This document shows positions 28,930 through 38,140 of a stretch of 53,922 nucleotides of DNA, in pieces. The notes beneath the pieces were generated by a model. The model was not told the DNA's origin, ran no database searches, and was given only the letters and a program-made list of their open reading frames with translations. This stretch comes from a virus (lineage: Duplodnaviria; Caudoviricetes): IMG/VR virus record IMGVR_UViG_3300010354_000116, positions 1 to 53,922 of that record; one strand, 5' to 3'. Position 1 is the stretch's first letter. Every line of letters starts with the position of its first letter. The position numbers and the translations under genes are program-made.

Positions 28930-29772
28930 ATGGCTGAAAACAATATGGTTGCCGAAGAGTCCTCCCTTTCCAGTTGGGTGGGGCCGTACGTTACTCAGAT
29001 GCTTGGGCGCGGCGCGGCGGTGGCTGATATGCCCTACACGGCGTACCAAGGACCCCTGACTGCGGGACCGTCTGCACTGCAAACACAAGCCTTCCAAGGA
29101 CTGGGTGCACTGCAGACACCGACTACTTCCGGGTCTTTCACAGGTGCTGCGTACGCCCTCCCCACTGCGGAACAAATGGCTGCAGGGCAGCCCGGTACTT
29201 ATACCTCCGCTTCAGGCAATGTGGCGCAGCAGTACATGACTCCGTACTTGCAAGCGGTGTTGGACCCTCAAGTAGCCGCAGCCCGTCGACAGGCAGAGAT
29301 AAGTCAGCAGAACCTGCAGAGCCAGTATGGCAAAGCCGGTGCGTACGGTGGGTCACGTCAAGGTGTAGCGGAAGCGGAGCTGCAGCGTGGATTGCTCGAC
29401 CGTCTGTCTGGCATCTACGGCACCGGGTATCAGAATGCGTTCCAGCAGGCGCAGGATCAGTTTAATAGAGAGCAGCGGTATGGCTTGGATGTGCTGGCAG
29501 CGCAGCGTGCCGGGGGTACGGAGCAGCGCAACATCGAGCAACAAGGCATCCTCGCGGACATCGCTCAGTTTGAACAGGAACGGGACTACCCGATGCAGCA
29601 ACTCAAGTTTATGCAGTCACTGCTTGGCGGGGCGCTGCCGCTGGAGACGCAGACGTATTCTTACTACGAGCCGTCGGGGTTGCAGTCGTTGACGGGCGGT
29701 CTGGGTGCAGCATCCAGCATATATGACGTGCTAAATCAGTATTTGAACCCGATCAAGAAGACCGCTGGCTAA
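28930..29772 (+). CDS. putative DNA ejection/pilot protein
   Basis: Q/A/G-rich with YMTPY and AGAYGGSRQGVAE. Confidence 0.65.
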   Translation: MAENNMVAEESSLSSWVGPYVTQMLGRGAAVADMPYTAYQGPLTAGPSALQTQAFQGLGALQTPTTSGSFTGAAYALPTAEQMAAGQPGTYTSASGNVAQQYMTPYLQAVLDPQVAAARRQAEISQQNLQSQYGKAGAYGGSRQGVAEAELQRGLLDRLSGIYGTGYQNAFQQAQDQFNREQRYGLDVLAAQRAGGTEQRNIEQQGILADIAQFEQERDYPMQQLKFMQSLLGGALPLETQTYSYYEPSGLQSLTGGLGAASSIYDVLNQYLNPIKKTAG

Positions 29773-29790
29773 AAACAGGAGCGCTACACC

Positions 29791-31791
29791 ATGATGCAAC
29801 AAGGTCTAGGCGCACTGACGCCGCAACTGCCCGCAGGGCAAGCTCCTGCCAACCCAACACGAATGGCAGCGGCGATGGACGTGGTAACAAGCGATGCGGA
29901 AGAGCAGATTCTCGACCCGCGCACACTTGCATTGATCAAGTACAAAGACGCCGTGCAGGCCATGCAGTCGGCGGATCAACTTATGGCCGCGTCACGTCCG
30001 GCCCCCACACCCCCTACTGTAGCAGAGCGCACCAAGCTCGCAGCCGAGCAGGGCATCATGGGTCTTGCTTCACGTTTGGCCCCGGGACTCCAACAACAAG
30101 GTAACCGTATGGGTGCCGCTCAAATGCAGCAAGCGATGACTGGTGGGCTGCCACAGCTTCCGTCGCCAAATATGGCACGTATGGCCGGTGGTGGTATTGT
30201 GGGTTACGCCGACGGTGGCGGTGTGGATACGGACGTACAGAGATACATCGAGCAATACCGCACTATTATGGCTGCAATTCAGAGTGCGGGTACTCCAGAA
30301 CAAAAGGCTGTGCTGCAACAGCGCCTGCGTGAGATTCAAAGCACATTTGACCCTGAAACAGTGGCCCGCGCTCACATGCAGATGAGCGGCCAAGGTATGG
30401 CTGATGGCGGGCGGGTAACGGGTTACGCCCCCGGAGGGGACGTCAGAGTAGAAGGAGCGCAGCCTGTAGATTTTATTCCTACCCTCCCGCGTGAGGGGCA
30501 ACCTACATCGGTTGAAGAATTAGTTGCTGCAGCCGAAAGATACAATCGGATTGAGGCGCAAGCTGAACGCGCTAGAGAGCAGCGGCGTAGACAGTTGGAA
30601 GAAAACTATGGCCTACCTACTTCAGAGGGGGGTAAGGGAGCTGTAGGTTCCGCGTACATAGACCCGGAAACCGGCAAACCTATGTCTTTGGGGGAGCGGT
30701 TACGCCCACTTCTCAAGTTTTTTTACGACCCCAGTGGCCGGGAGGGGCAGTACGGTGGCGCGTCGTCGCGTGAGGTCTCTACCCCTCCTGAATCTGCACG
30801 CACCCCAAATTTTAACGTTGGTATTGCTACTCCTAGAGACGATAGCTTCCGCATGCAGGGAGTTTCGGGGAGAGCCGCAGCGCAACCACGTCGTTCTATT
30901 ACCGGTAACCCAGACCTCGACGCTGCGCTTGCATCTATGACCGAAGAAGGTAATGCCTCCATCCCTAGAGTAGAAAGTGAAACAGGTAGTGGGCTTGAAG
31001 CGTTGTTGAAGCGTCGCCTCGAAGATGGGTTTGTAGATACTGCCCGGACCGATGCTGAAACCCGTGCCCGGGAAGCCTACGCAGTACCTGAAGAATTGCG
31101 AGAGCTTTACCGTAAGCGTTTGGAGGCGTTGGATCGTCCGATGTATACCCCGGAAGAAGAGCGTAGACGCTCCCTGCAAGGACTCTTATCTGGGTTGGCA
31201 AGTTCAAGCTACATTGCCGAAAGTGGTCCAGCGGCTATGCAGGGTGTGAATGAAGTGCGAGACGCCGTTCGCCAAGATGAGCTGGCTCGTGCGGAACAGC
31301 AGTTCAACCTCTCCGACCAACTTATGGGTATGGATAGAACTGCAAGTATCGAAGCCTTTGGTGCTGGCCTTGAAGCCTCTAACGCAGCAATGACACAACA
31401 AAATGCTGCCATGTCGGCTACAGCCTCTATGCTTAATGCCGCTGGACAACGTGAACAAGCCGCTCTTATTCAGGAAAGTCAGAACCGTATGTCGGCGCTG
31501 CAAGTGCAAGCCGATGCCATCAGCAAAGCCGCGCAAATGGGGCAGGATGTTACCAACTCACTGGTCAACTATGCTGAAACGTTGCGTCGTAGCCTGCAGG
31601 ATACGGACTCAGCTATGGCTAATATATTGGAAGCAAGCGGGCCCGGTATGGCGTTGCCTCCGGAATCACAGGCTGCGCTTCAAACCCTGCGAGATCAGCG
31701 AAACATTCTCAACAGCCAGTACAGCGCGGTAACAGGCCGAGTAGGATCAAGGCTGGGTGTGCCTGAAGTAATAGATTACACTAGCTTGTAA
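29791..31791 (+). CDS. putative internal virion/ejection protein
   Basis: 666 aa, A/Q/M-rich, with MAGGG, YADGG, MADGG and YAPGG. Confidence 0.65.
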   Translation: MMQQGLGALTPQLPAGQAPANPTRMAAAMDVVTSDAEEQILDPRTLALIKYKDAVQAMQSADQLMAASRPAPTPPTVAERTKLAAEQGIMGLASRLAPGLQQQGNRMGAAQMQQAMTGGLPQLPSPNMARMAGGGIVGYADGGGVDTDVQRYIEQYRTIMAAIQSAGTPEQKAVLQQRLREIQSTFDPETVARAHMQMSGQGMADGGRVTGYAPGGDVRVEGAQPVDFIPTLPREGQPTSVEELVAAAERYNRIEAQAERAREQRRRQLEENYGLPTSEGGKGAVGSAYIDPETGKPMSLGERLRPLLKFFYDPSGREGQYGGASSREVSTPPESARTPNFNVGIATPRDDSFRMQGVSGRAAAQPRRSITGNPDLDAALASMTEEGNASIPRVESETGSGLEALLKRRLEDGFVDTARTDAETRAREAYAVPEELRELYRKRLEALDRPMYTPEEERRRSLQGLLSGLASSSYIAESGPAAMQGVNEVRDAVRQDELARAEQQFNLSDQLMGMDRTASIEAFGAGLEASNAAMTQQNAAMSATASMLNAAGQREQAALIQESQNRMSALQVQADAISKAAQMGQDVTNSLVNYAETLRRSLQDTDSAMANILEASGPGMALPPESQAALQTLRDQRNILNSQYSAVTGRVGSRLGVPEVIDYTSL

Positions 31792-31814
31792 AACGGCTGA
31801 CTAAGGGGGTCCCC

Positions 31815-34800
31815 ATGCCTGTAGTACGCGTGCCAGACGGCAGGCTTGTAAATTTCCCGGATGATATGCCGAGAGAACAGATACGGGCCATAATTGCCTC
31901 TAAGTTCCCTGACGCATACAAAGAACAGGAAATACCCCCGCCTACCCCCATTGAGCGTACTTTCTCCGGGCAGGTGGGTGAGTTATTCCGGGGGATTCCT
32001 CGCGGGGCGGTTAACCTGTTGGAAAGCGCAGGTATCGGCGCTAGCGCACTTTTGCCTGAAGGCGCAGAAGAGTCTGTACGTGGTGTTGTTGAGCGTCTTG
32101 GTGAAAGTGCAGCAGCGCCATTTCAACGTAAAGCTGGCTATGAAGACAGCATGGCGGGTACGTTCGGGGAGGCTGTTGGCAGCTTCGTGCCGTTTTTGGC
32201 GGCGGGTCCGCTCGGCGTTGCTGGTAGAGTTGGGGCTACGGGATTAGCTGGTGCAGCGGGTGCTGGGCAAGCTCGCACGAGAGCAGAAGCAGGTGAAGCT
32301 ACGCCTGAAGAGCGGGCGCAGGCGACAGCACTGGGTAGCGTAGTTGGGCTGTCCGAAGTCCTTATTCCGTTTCGCATCCTAGATAATGCCATCGGTGCGG
32401 TGCCTGCCTCGGGGGTAGTCAACCGTCTCAAGCGTGCTGCACAAGCCGGGGGCGAGGAAGGAGCGCAGGAAGTCGCTGCAGAAGTAGCGCAAAACCTAAT
32501 AGCAAGAGGGATATACGACCCCGAGCAGGGTGCGTTCACTGGCACTGGCGAGTCTTTTGGCTACGGCGCTGGGGTTGGCGGTCTTGTGCAAGGTCTTATG
32601 GACCTGTTCGTCAAGGATAGAGGAGGTGCCCCAGCTCCTCAACCTGCCCCAGAAGAAGAGGGGGACGAAACTACCTTAGTTGGTACAGAGCAGGGGCCGT
32701 CTATTTTTGAAGGGGAAGATTTGTTCCCTGCCGAACTCGAAACTGCGTTAGCGCAAGCTCCGCGTCCTGAGCGTCCTTTAGCAGCTGAACCCTCCGTAGA
32801 AGAAGCTAGACCCACATCGGACATGATGGGGGATTTGGTAGATATCGCGGAAACTGAAGAAATACAAGACCTTCTGGACGAAGAAGAACTTGCTCGCATG
32901 CAGGAGCAGGAAGACCTTGAGCTAGCAAAGGCACAAGCCACTCGTGCCGGGGCTCAGAACATAGTAGACGACATAGAGCGCCAACTGGAAGCAAACCGGG
33001 CGCAAGCCGCGATGCTCGCTCGCAGACGCGAAGAGTCAAAGCAAAAACGCCAAGAAATCCTCGCTCCTGTATTAGCGCGAGAAGATATTACTGACGTAGA
33101 AAATATAGGGCGTGCGTTTTCTGCAGAACTGCGACGTCAGGGTTTTGCAAATACGGAACCCACAAAAGACGAACTTGCGCAAATTACTTCTCGATCTTAT
33201 CAATTAGAGGAAGCAGCACTTACAGGTATAGAGCAAGAAAACGCGAGGCGTGCAGGGGTTAGCGAGTTAGAAGCGTTAATCCCAGAAAAGAAGCCAAAAC
33301 CTCAAGCGGTTAGCACAACAACAACCCCAGTCGATACAAGCAACCGGGACAGGCTGGACAGAACTGGTCGGGGGGCGTCTGGGCAGCTTGAAATTCCCGC
33401 CGTGGAAAGAGCGAGTAAAGCCGAACGTCGCGTCGCAGCTATTACAAAAGAAGAACTCGATGCCGCCGGGGTACCTGCAAATGCGCCTATCCGTCGCCGA
33501 GTGCAAGGCGTACCCCTGACAACTACAGAAACAGCTGCCCAAGTTCAGCAGGATTTACTTTCTTTTGCCGCTAACCCCGTCGTACAGGAACGCACCCCAG
33601 AAGTCGCTGCGCAAGTAGAAACCTTGGCGCAGACCGTAACTGAAACCGTTGCCCCTGCGCCTGTTACCGAGACCGTAGAAGAAACCGTCGCCCCCGCAGC
33701 TCAAAAAACTAGGGGAAGAAAGCCGGGGGTGCCCCTTACTCCAGAACAAATCGCCGAAAGAGCTGAAAGAAACAAATCCGTTAACGCCAAACAAACAGCA
33801 CAAGCCCGTGCCACCGAAAGACTTTTGGCTGATCTTGAGGCGGACAACATAAGCAAGGTTTTATCGCAAAAAGCCTATTCTCCGTATTTCCCTACAGTTG
33901 AAGACTTTGAGAGCTACAAGAAAAGCGCCACAGATGAAAAAGCGTCTCGGGAGCAGTTCGACACGGAGACTAAAGCTAAATTTATAGAATTGCGCCTGTC
34001 AGGCATGGATACACGTAGAGCTGAAAAAACAGCCGCTTTGTATGCACGAGATAAGCAAGTAGCGTTTAACAACGCTTCAAATGCGATCAAAAATCTAGAA
34101 GCGAAACGCGTTGGTAACATAGCCAATGTTATGCAGGTTGCAAATGATCGCAGAGCCAGCGAAGCAAAAAGAGCCGCCGCAAGCAAAGTTTTGTCCGATC
34201 CGCGTATAAACCCGGCAGACATTGAGGCAGCTACACGACTTTTGCGCTCAACCGTATCCAAGAGCCTACTACCAAGACAGCAGTCGCCAGTCGACGTGGA
34301 AGGTGATCTCGGGCTTATCACCCGTGCTCCGTTATCCTCCGAGGAAACAACAGACTCCGCAGCGGACACAGCAACGGCGATCCAAAACAATAAAGGTAGA
34401 ACCGAGTTTGAGCGCAGACTCGCAAAAGTGCTACACCCGGTACTGCAGAAACTAGGTACAAAGTTCGTTGTTGTGCGAGGCCCAGCGGCCTTACCAGAAA
34501 ATCTTAGGGGCCAGCCCGTATTTGCAGGGCTGTACGACTCTGTAGGAAACACCGTATACCTAGACGCCGAGCAAGGGACAGACGTTGGTACCGCATTGCA
34601 CGAGTTCGTGCACGTCGCCTCGGTCGATGTGATCGACACATATTACGAAAACCCAGAAAGTTTGTCCGTAGAAGCGCAGCAGGCTGTTAAAGAAATGCAG
34701 GAGCTGATGGTACGCGCAGGGGGCAGATATGCGCAGCTTAAACAATCTGGTAGGGCAACCCCTGATCTGGACCTCGTCGCTGAGGCCACAGATGGCTTTA

Positions 34801-37800
34801 TGGATGTGAAAGAGTTCGTAGCGTACGGACTTACGAGCAACGACATGCAAGAAATGCTGCTCAGCATGCCCCCTACAAAGCAAGCCAACATAGGCGGGGT
34901 GAGGCTCAGCACTGCGTTTTCCAGCTTCGTAAACGCCATCCGCAAGATGTTGGGTATTCCCGGTCGAGACCTCAGTGCGTTCGAGCAGCTGCTTGATCTG
35001 ACTGGCCGCGTGGCTCAAGAAACTATGAGCGGAAGAGCGACGCTTTCTGCGAACCTCGTATTTTCAAAGGAAACCAAATCTGCGGCGGATGCGGTTAACC
35101 AAAACACCCCAGCGGCCAACGCTCGTTTCCTGCAGTCACAAGGTGACCAACTTAACAAAGCGTCGAAGCCCCCGAAAAACCCAGCCGTGCGGCGCACAGT
35201 AAACACCGTGATGGGGCAAGGCAAAGAGGCGGTTCGCAAGGTCCTGACGTGGGGTCTGCCCTTGCCTGCGCTCAATGACTACGTGCAGTCCTACTTGAGC
35301 AAAGGAGCGTACGAACCGTTTGCCGCCTCTATGCAGCGGTTCACTGACATTGCCATTCGTTCTGAAGGCGAGATGCGCCGTTTCATTGACTCAATTACTG
35401 TGCAGTTAGCCCGTATGGGGGATTGGAAGCGCGACAACGCCGACAAGTATCAAGCATTCACAGACCTGTATTTCGGTGGGTCCCACGCCAAGGTGGACCT
35501 TACTAAGCTAAGAAGTGCATACACAGGCAACACTAAGAAATTGGCGGAGTATGACCGGCTCAAGAAGTTCTACGACAGCATAGGCCCAAGTGGGCAGGCC
35601 ATTTACAAGCAGATGCGGGCGATCCACAACCGCCAGTTCGACCAGATTCTCGACCAAGTGTACAACCGTGTGTACTCGGAAACGCAAAACGTTGAGCTGG
35701 CTACTCGGTTACGTAATGAGTTCGCTCAACGAATGGCGGATAAAGGCCCGTTGGAAGGGTATGCCCCCATGTTGCGCCCAAGCGGGAAGTACTTGTTGCA
35801 ATACCCAGTAGAAGGCGAAGAGCAGCTGGCGTTTGAGGTGTTCTCCAATGGCATGGATCGTGAAGCGCGTATCCAACAGCTTATGACGGAAAACAACCTT
35901 TCCCGAGAGGACATTAGATCGTTCCTTAGTAGCGACAAAGGTGCATTCGATGGTGTGGTTCCTACGAGCTTTTTGGGTGATGTGCTGGCGGAGTTGAAGA
36001 AAGGGAATGTTTCTGATGCCGTGATTGAATCAGTTATGACAATGGGCGTAGCCGTATCACCTGCAAACCTCGTGATGGAGCGTCTTGCTTCCCGTAAAGA
36101 AACTCCGGGTTATGTCCGTGACCCGTTCTGGGCGTTTCAAGAAGGCACTTTGGGGCTGGGTCGTAAACTCATCAACATCAAGTACGCCGCGCAAACGTCA
36201 ACCGAACTGCGCAATATGGAGGCCGCTCGAAGAAACGTAGAGAACGACCCCAACGCAGCGGCAATTATGGAAGACGTAAGAAAGCGTGCTGCATACGCAG
36301 CCAACCCGAGTCAAAGCTGGTGGTCAAACATTGCAACTACGGGCACATACGGATGGACTCTTGGCTTTAACGCGTCTTCTGCCATCGTGGATATGTCGTC
36401 TCTCGCACTTATCGTGGCACCTTACTTGTCTCGCACTTATGGCATGGGGAAGACTTACGGGGCGATGCTACGTGCGACAAAAGACATCATGGGTATGGGC
36501 TCGTCTGCCGACGTGGAAACCTTGGCGACCGAAGGGTTGGAAGGGCCGGAACTGCAGAAAGCTCTCGACACCCTTGGTGTAAAAGAGCGTGATATGGTGC
36601 GTCGTAAGACAACCCCCTCTATGCTGAACATCAACTTCAACGACCCCGTTCAAGCCGCGAAGTATGCTTACTTGAAGCCCTTGGTGGACAAAGTGCGAGA
36701 GACCGGCCACTCGGAACGATACTCTGAGCTAAGCGAATTAAGCGAGTTTGGTGAGGGTAACTTCCTGTCCAAATTGGCGGCGCGTATGGGCTTTATGATG
36801 AGCACCAGCGAACGACTTAAACGCGAGATAGGACTGAAGGCTGCGTATGATCTGCAGCTAAGTAAAGTCGCCCCCAACGGCAACCCAACGCAGGAGCAGA
36901 TGGTCGATGCAGCTAACAAAGCGATGGAGATGAGCCTGCTGCTTAACGGTGGCTCTACTGCAGTGACAGGTGCTCGGTTCCAACAAGGCGACATATCACG
37001 AATAGCGTTCATGTATCGGCGTTTTGCTGCACTGCAGTTGTATATACAGACTAAAACCATTTACGACGCCACCAGTAACGACGACCCTGCTGTTAGAGAA
37101 GCAGCACGTGGGTTCGCCGCACAATCTATGCTCACTAGCGTGGCCTTTGTGGGGGTAAAAGGCGCGCCTATGATGGGGGCGGTAGCTACGCTTTGGGCCA
37201 TGATGGCGGCGGTGTTTGACGACGAGGACGAGGACAACTCTTTGGAGGCGTTCCTACGCACAAACCTCAACCCCGTGCTTGTTGAAGGGGTGCCTAACAT
37301 ACTGTTCAACGCTAACGTAGGCGAACGTATGGAGCTGACTAACCTATTGGTGCGGGAAACCAACCTGCCCGACGATGCTACGGCTGCCGATATTCTTCTC
37401 GCCCATTTTGGTGGGCCTGCTTACGGGTCTATCCAAAGGGTAATTCGAGGTAAGCAGTTAATCGAGCAGGGTGAGATACAGCGAGGCATCGAAAGTATGC
37501 TGCCTGTCTCTGTAAGCAACATTTTCAAGTCCGGGCGGTTCTTGACCGAAGGGGCTGTTGAAACAATGCGTGGCGATGAAGTTGTGGAAGTTACTCCGCA
37601 GGGAGCATTGGCGCAGCTCATGGGTTTTGCCCCAGCAGACTACGCACGGGCTATGCAGTTTAAGACCAACCAAGCGGAGGTCGACCGCCGCATGAACCAA
37701 CGCAGGTCATCTTTGTTGGATGCGTATTACACAGCGTATCGTGTAGGAGACGCTTCAGGTATGGTACAAGCGGTAGAAGCCATAGGAAAATTCAACCAGC

Positions 37801-37949
37801 GGTACCCAAATTTTGGGATTACCAACAGCCAGCTGAAACAGTCGGTGTCCACTAGGAACCGTAACACTGAAGAGATGGTGATGGGCACGCTACCTACCGT
37901 GCGCCGCCGTATGGACTGGCTGGAATCTGCGGAAGACTGGGGGTTCTAA
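31815..37949 (+). CDS. large internal virion/ejection protein with zincin-like motif
   Basis: 2044 aa, last late gene; AGLYD...VYLD...ALHEFVH...EFVAYG. Confidence 0.7.
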   Translation: MPVVRVPDGRLVNFPDDMPREQIRAIIASKFPDAYKEQEIPPPTPIERTFSGQVGELFRGIPRGAVNLLESAGIGASALLPEGAEESVRGVVERLGESAAAPFQRKAGYEDSMAGTFGEAVGSFVPFLAAGPLGVAGRVGATGLAGAAGAGQARTRAEAGEATPEERAQATALGSVVGLSEVLIPFRILDNAIGAVPASGVVNRLKRAAQAGGEEGAQEVAAEVAQNLIARGIYDPEQGAFTGTGESFGYGAGVGGLVQGLMDLFVKDRGGAPAPQPAPEEEGDETTLVGTEQGPSIFEGEDLFPAELETALAQAPRPERPLAAEPSVEEARPTSDMMGDLVDIAETEEIQDLLDEEELARMQEQEDLELAKAQATRAGAQNIVDDIERQLEANRAQAAMLARRREESKQKRQEILAPVLAREDITDVENIGRAFSAELRRQGFANTEPTKDELAQITSRSYQLEEAALTGIEQENARRAGVSELEALIPEKKPKPQAVSTTTTPVDTSNRDRLDRTGRGASGQLEIPAVERASKAERRVAAITKEELDAAGVPANAPIRRRVQGVPLTTTETAAQVQQDLLSFAANPVVQERTPEVAAQVETLAQTVTETVAPAPVTETVEETVAPAAQKTRGRKPGVPLTPEQIAERAERNKSVNAKQTAQARATERLLADLEADNISKVLSQKAYSPYFPTVEDFESYKKSATDEKASREQFDTETKAKFIELRLSGMDTRRAEKTAALYARDKQVAFNNASNAIKNLEAKRVGNIANVMQVANDRRASEAKRAAASKVLSDPRINPADIEAATRLLRSTVSKSLLPRQQSPVDVEGDLGLITRAPLSSEETTDSAADTATAIQNNKGRTEFERRLAKVLHPVLQKLGTKFVVVRGPAALPENLRGQPVFAGLYDSVGNTVYLDAEQGTDVGTALHEFVHVASVDVIDTYYENPESLSVEAQQAVKEMQELMVRAGGRYAQLKQSGRATPDLDLVAEATDGFMDVKEFVAYGLTSNDMQEMLLSMPPTKQANIGGVRLSTAFSSFVNAIRKMLGIPGRDLSAFEQLLDLTGRVAQETMSGRATLSANLVFSKETKSAADAVNQNTPAANARFLQSQGDQLNKASKPPKNPAVRRTVNTVMGQGKEAVRKVLTWGLPLPALNDYVQSYLSKGAYEPFAASMQRFTDIAIRSEGEMRRFIDSITVQLARMGDWKRDNADKYQAFTDLYFGGSHAKVDLTKLRSAYTGNTKKLAEYDRLKKFYDSIGPSGQAIYKQMRAIHNRQFDQILDQVYNRVYSETQNVELATRLRNEFAQRMADKGPLEGYAPMLRPSGKYLLQYPVEGEEQLAFEVFSNGMDREARIQQLMTENNLSREDIRSFLSSDKGAFDGVVPTSFLGDVLAELKKGNVSDAVIESVMTMGVAVSPANLVMERLASRKETPGYVRDPFWAFQEGTLGLGRKLINIKYAAQTSTELRNMEAARRNVENDPNAAAIMEDVRKRAAYAANPSQSWWSNIATTGTYGWTLGFNASSAIVDMSSLALIVAPYLSRTYGMGKTYGAMLRATKDIMGMGSSADVETLATEGLEGPELQKALDTLGVKERDMVRRKTTPSMLNINFNDPVQAAKYAYLKPLVDKVRETGHSERYSELSELSEFGEGNFLSKLAARMGFMMSTSERLKREIGLKAAYDLQLSKVAPNGNPTQEQMVDAANKAMEMSLLLNGGSTAVTGARFQQGDISRIAFMYRRFAALQLYIQTKTIYDATSNDDPAVREAARGFAAQSMLTSVAFVGVKGAPMMGAVATLWAMMAAVFDDEDEDNSLEAFLRTNLNPVLVEGVPNILFNANVGERMELTNLLVRETNLPDDATAADILLAHFGGPAYGSIQRVIRGKQLIEQGEIQRGIESMLPVSVSNIFKSGRFLTEGAVETMRGDEVVEVTPQGALAQLMGFAPADYARAMQFKTNQAEVDRRMNQRRSSLLDAYYTAYRVGDASGMVQAVEAIGKFNQRYPNFGITNSQLKQSVSTRNRNTEEMVMGTLPTVRRRMDWLESAEDWGF

Positions 37950-38140
37950 ACGCGCCACACCCGCACACCGCGTACACCGTCTTCTATGACTACTTTGGTA
38001 ACTACTTTGTAGCGAAGGCGGTGTACGACTTGTAGTATGTCTCTGCGGGACTTCTTGGGGTTCAGGCAGGGTATAAAAAACGAGCACCCCACGCCGAACC
38101 CCTTCCAGTTAATTTCGTACGCTACTTTCTCCACCCGCAT
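37946..38140 (-). CDS. hypothetical protein
   Basis: 64 aa; SFFIPCL...GVRVWRV. Confidence 0.75.
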   Translation of the reverse strand: MRVEKVAYEINWKGFGVGCSFFIPCLNPKKSRRDILQVVHRLRYKVVTKVVIEDGVRGVRVWRV

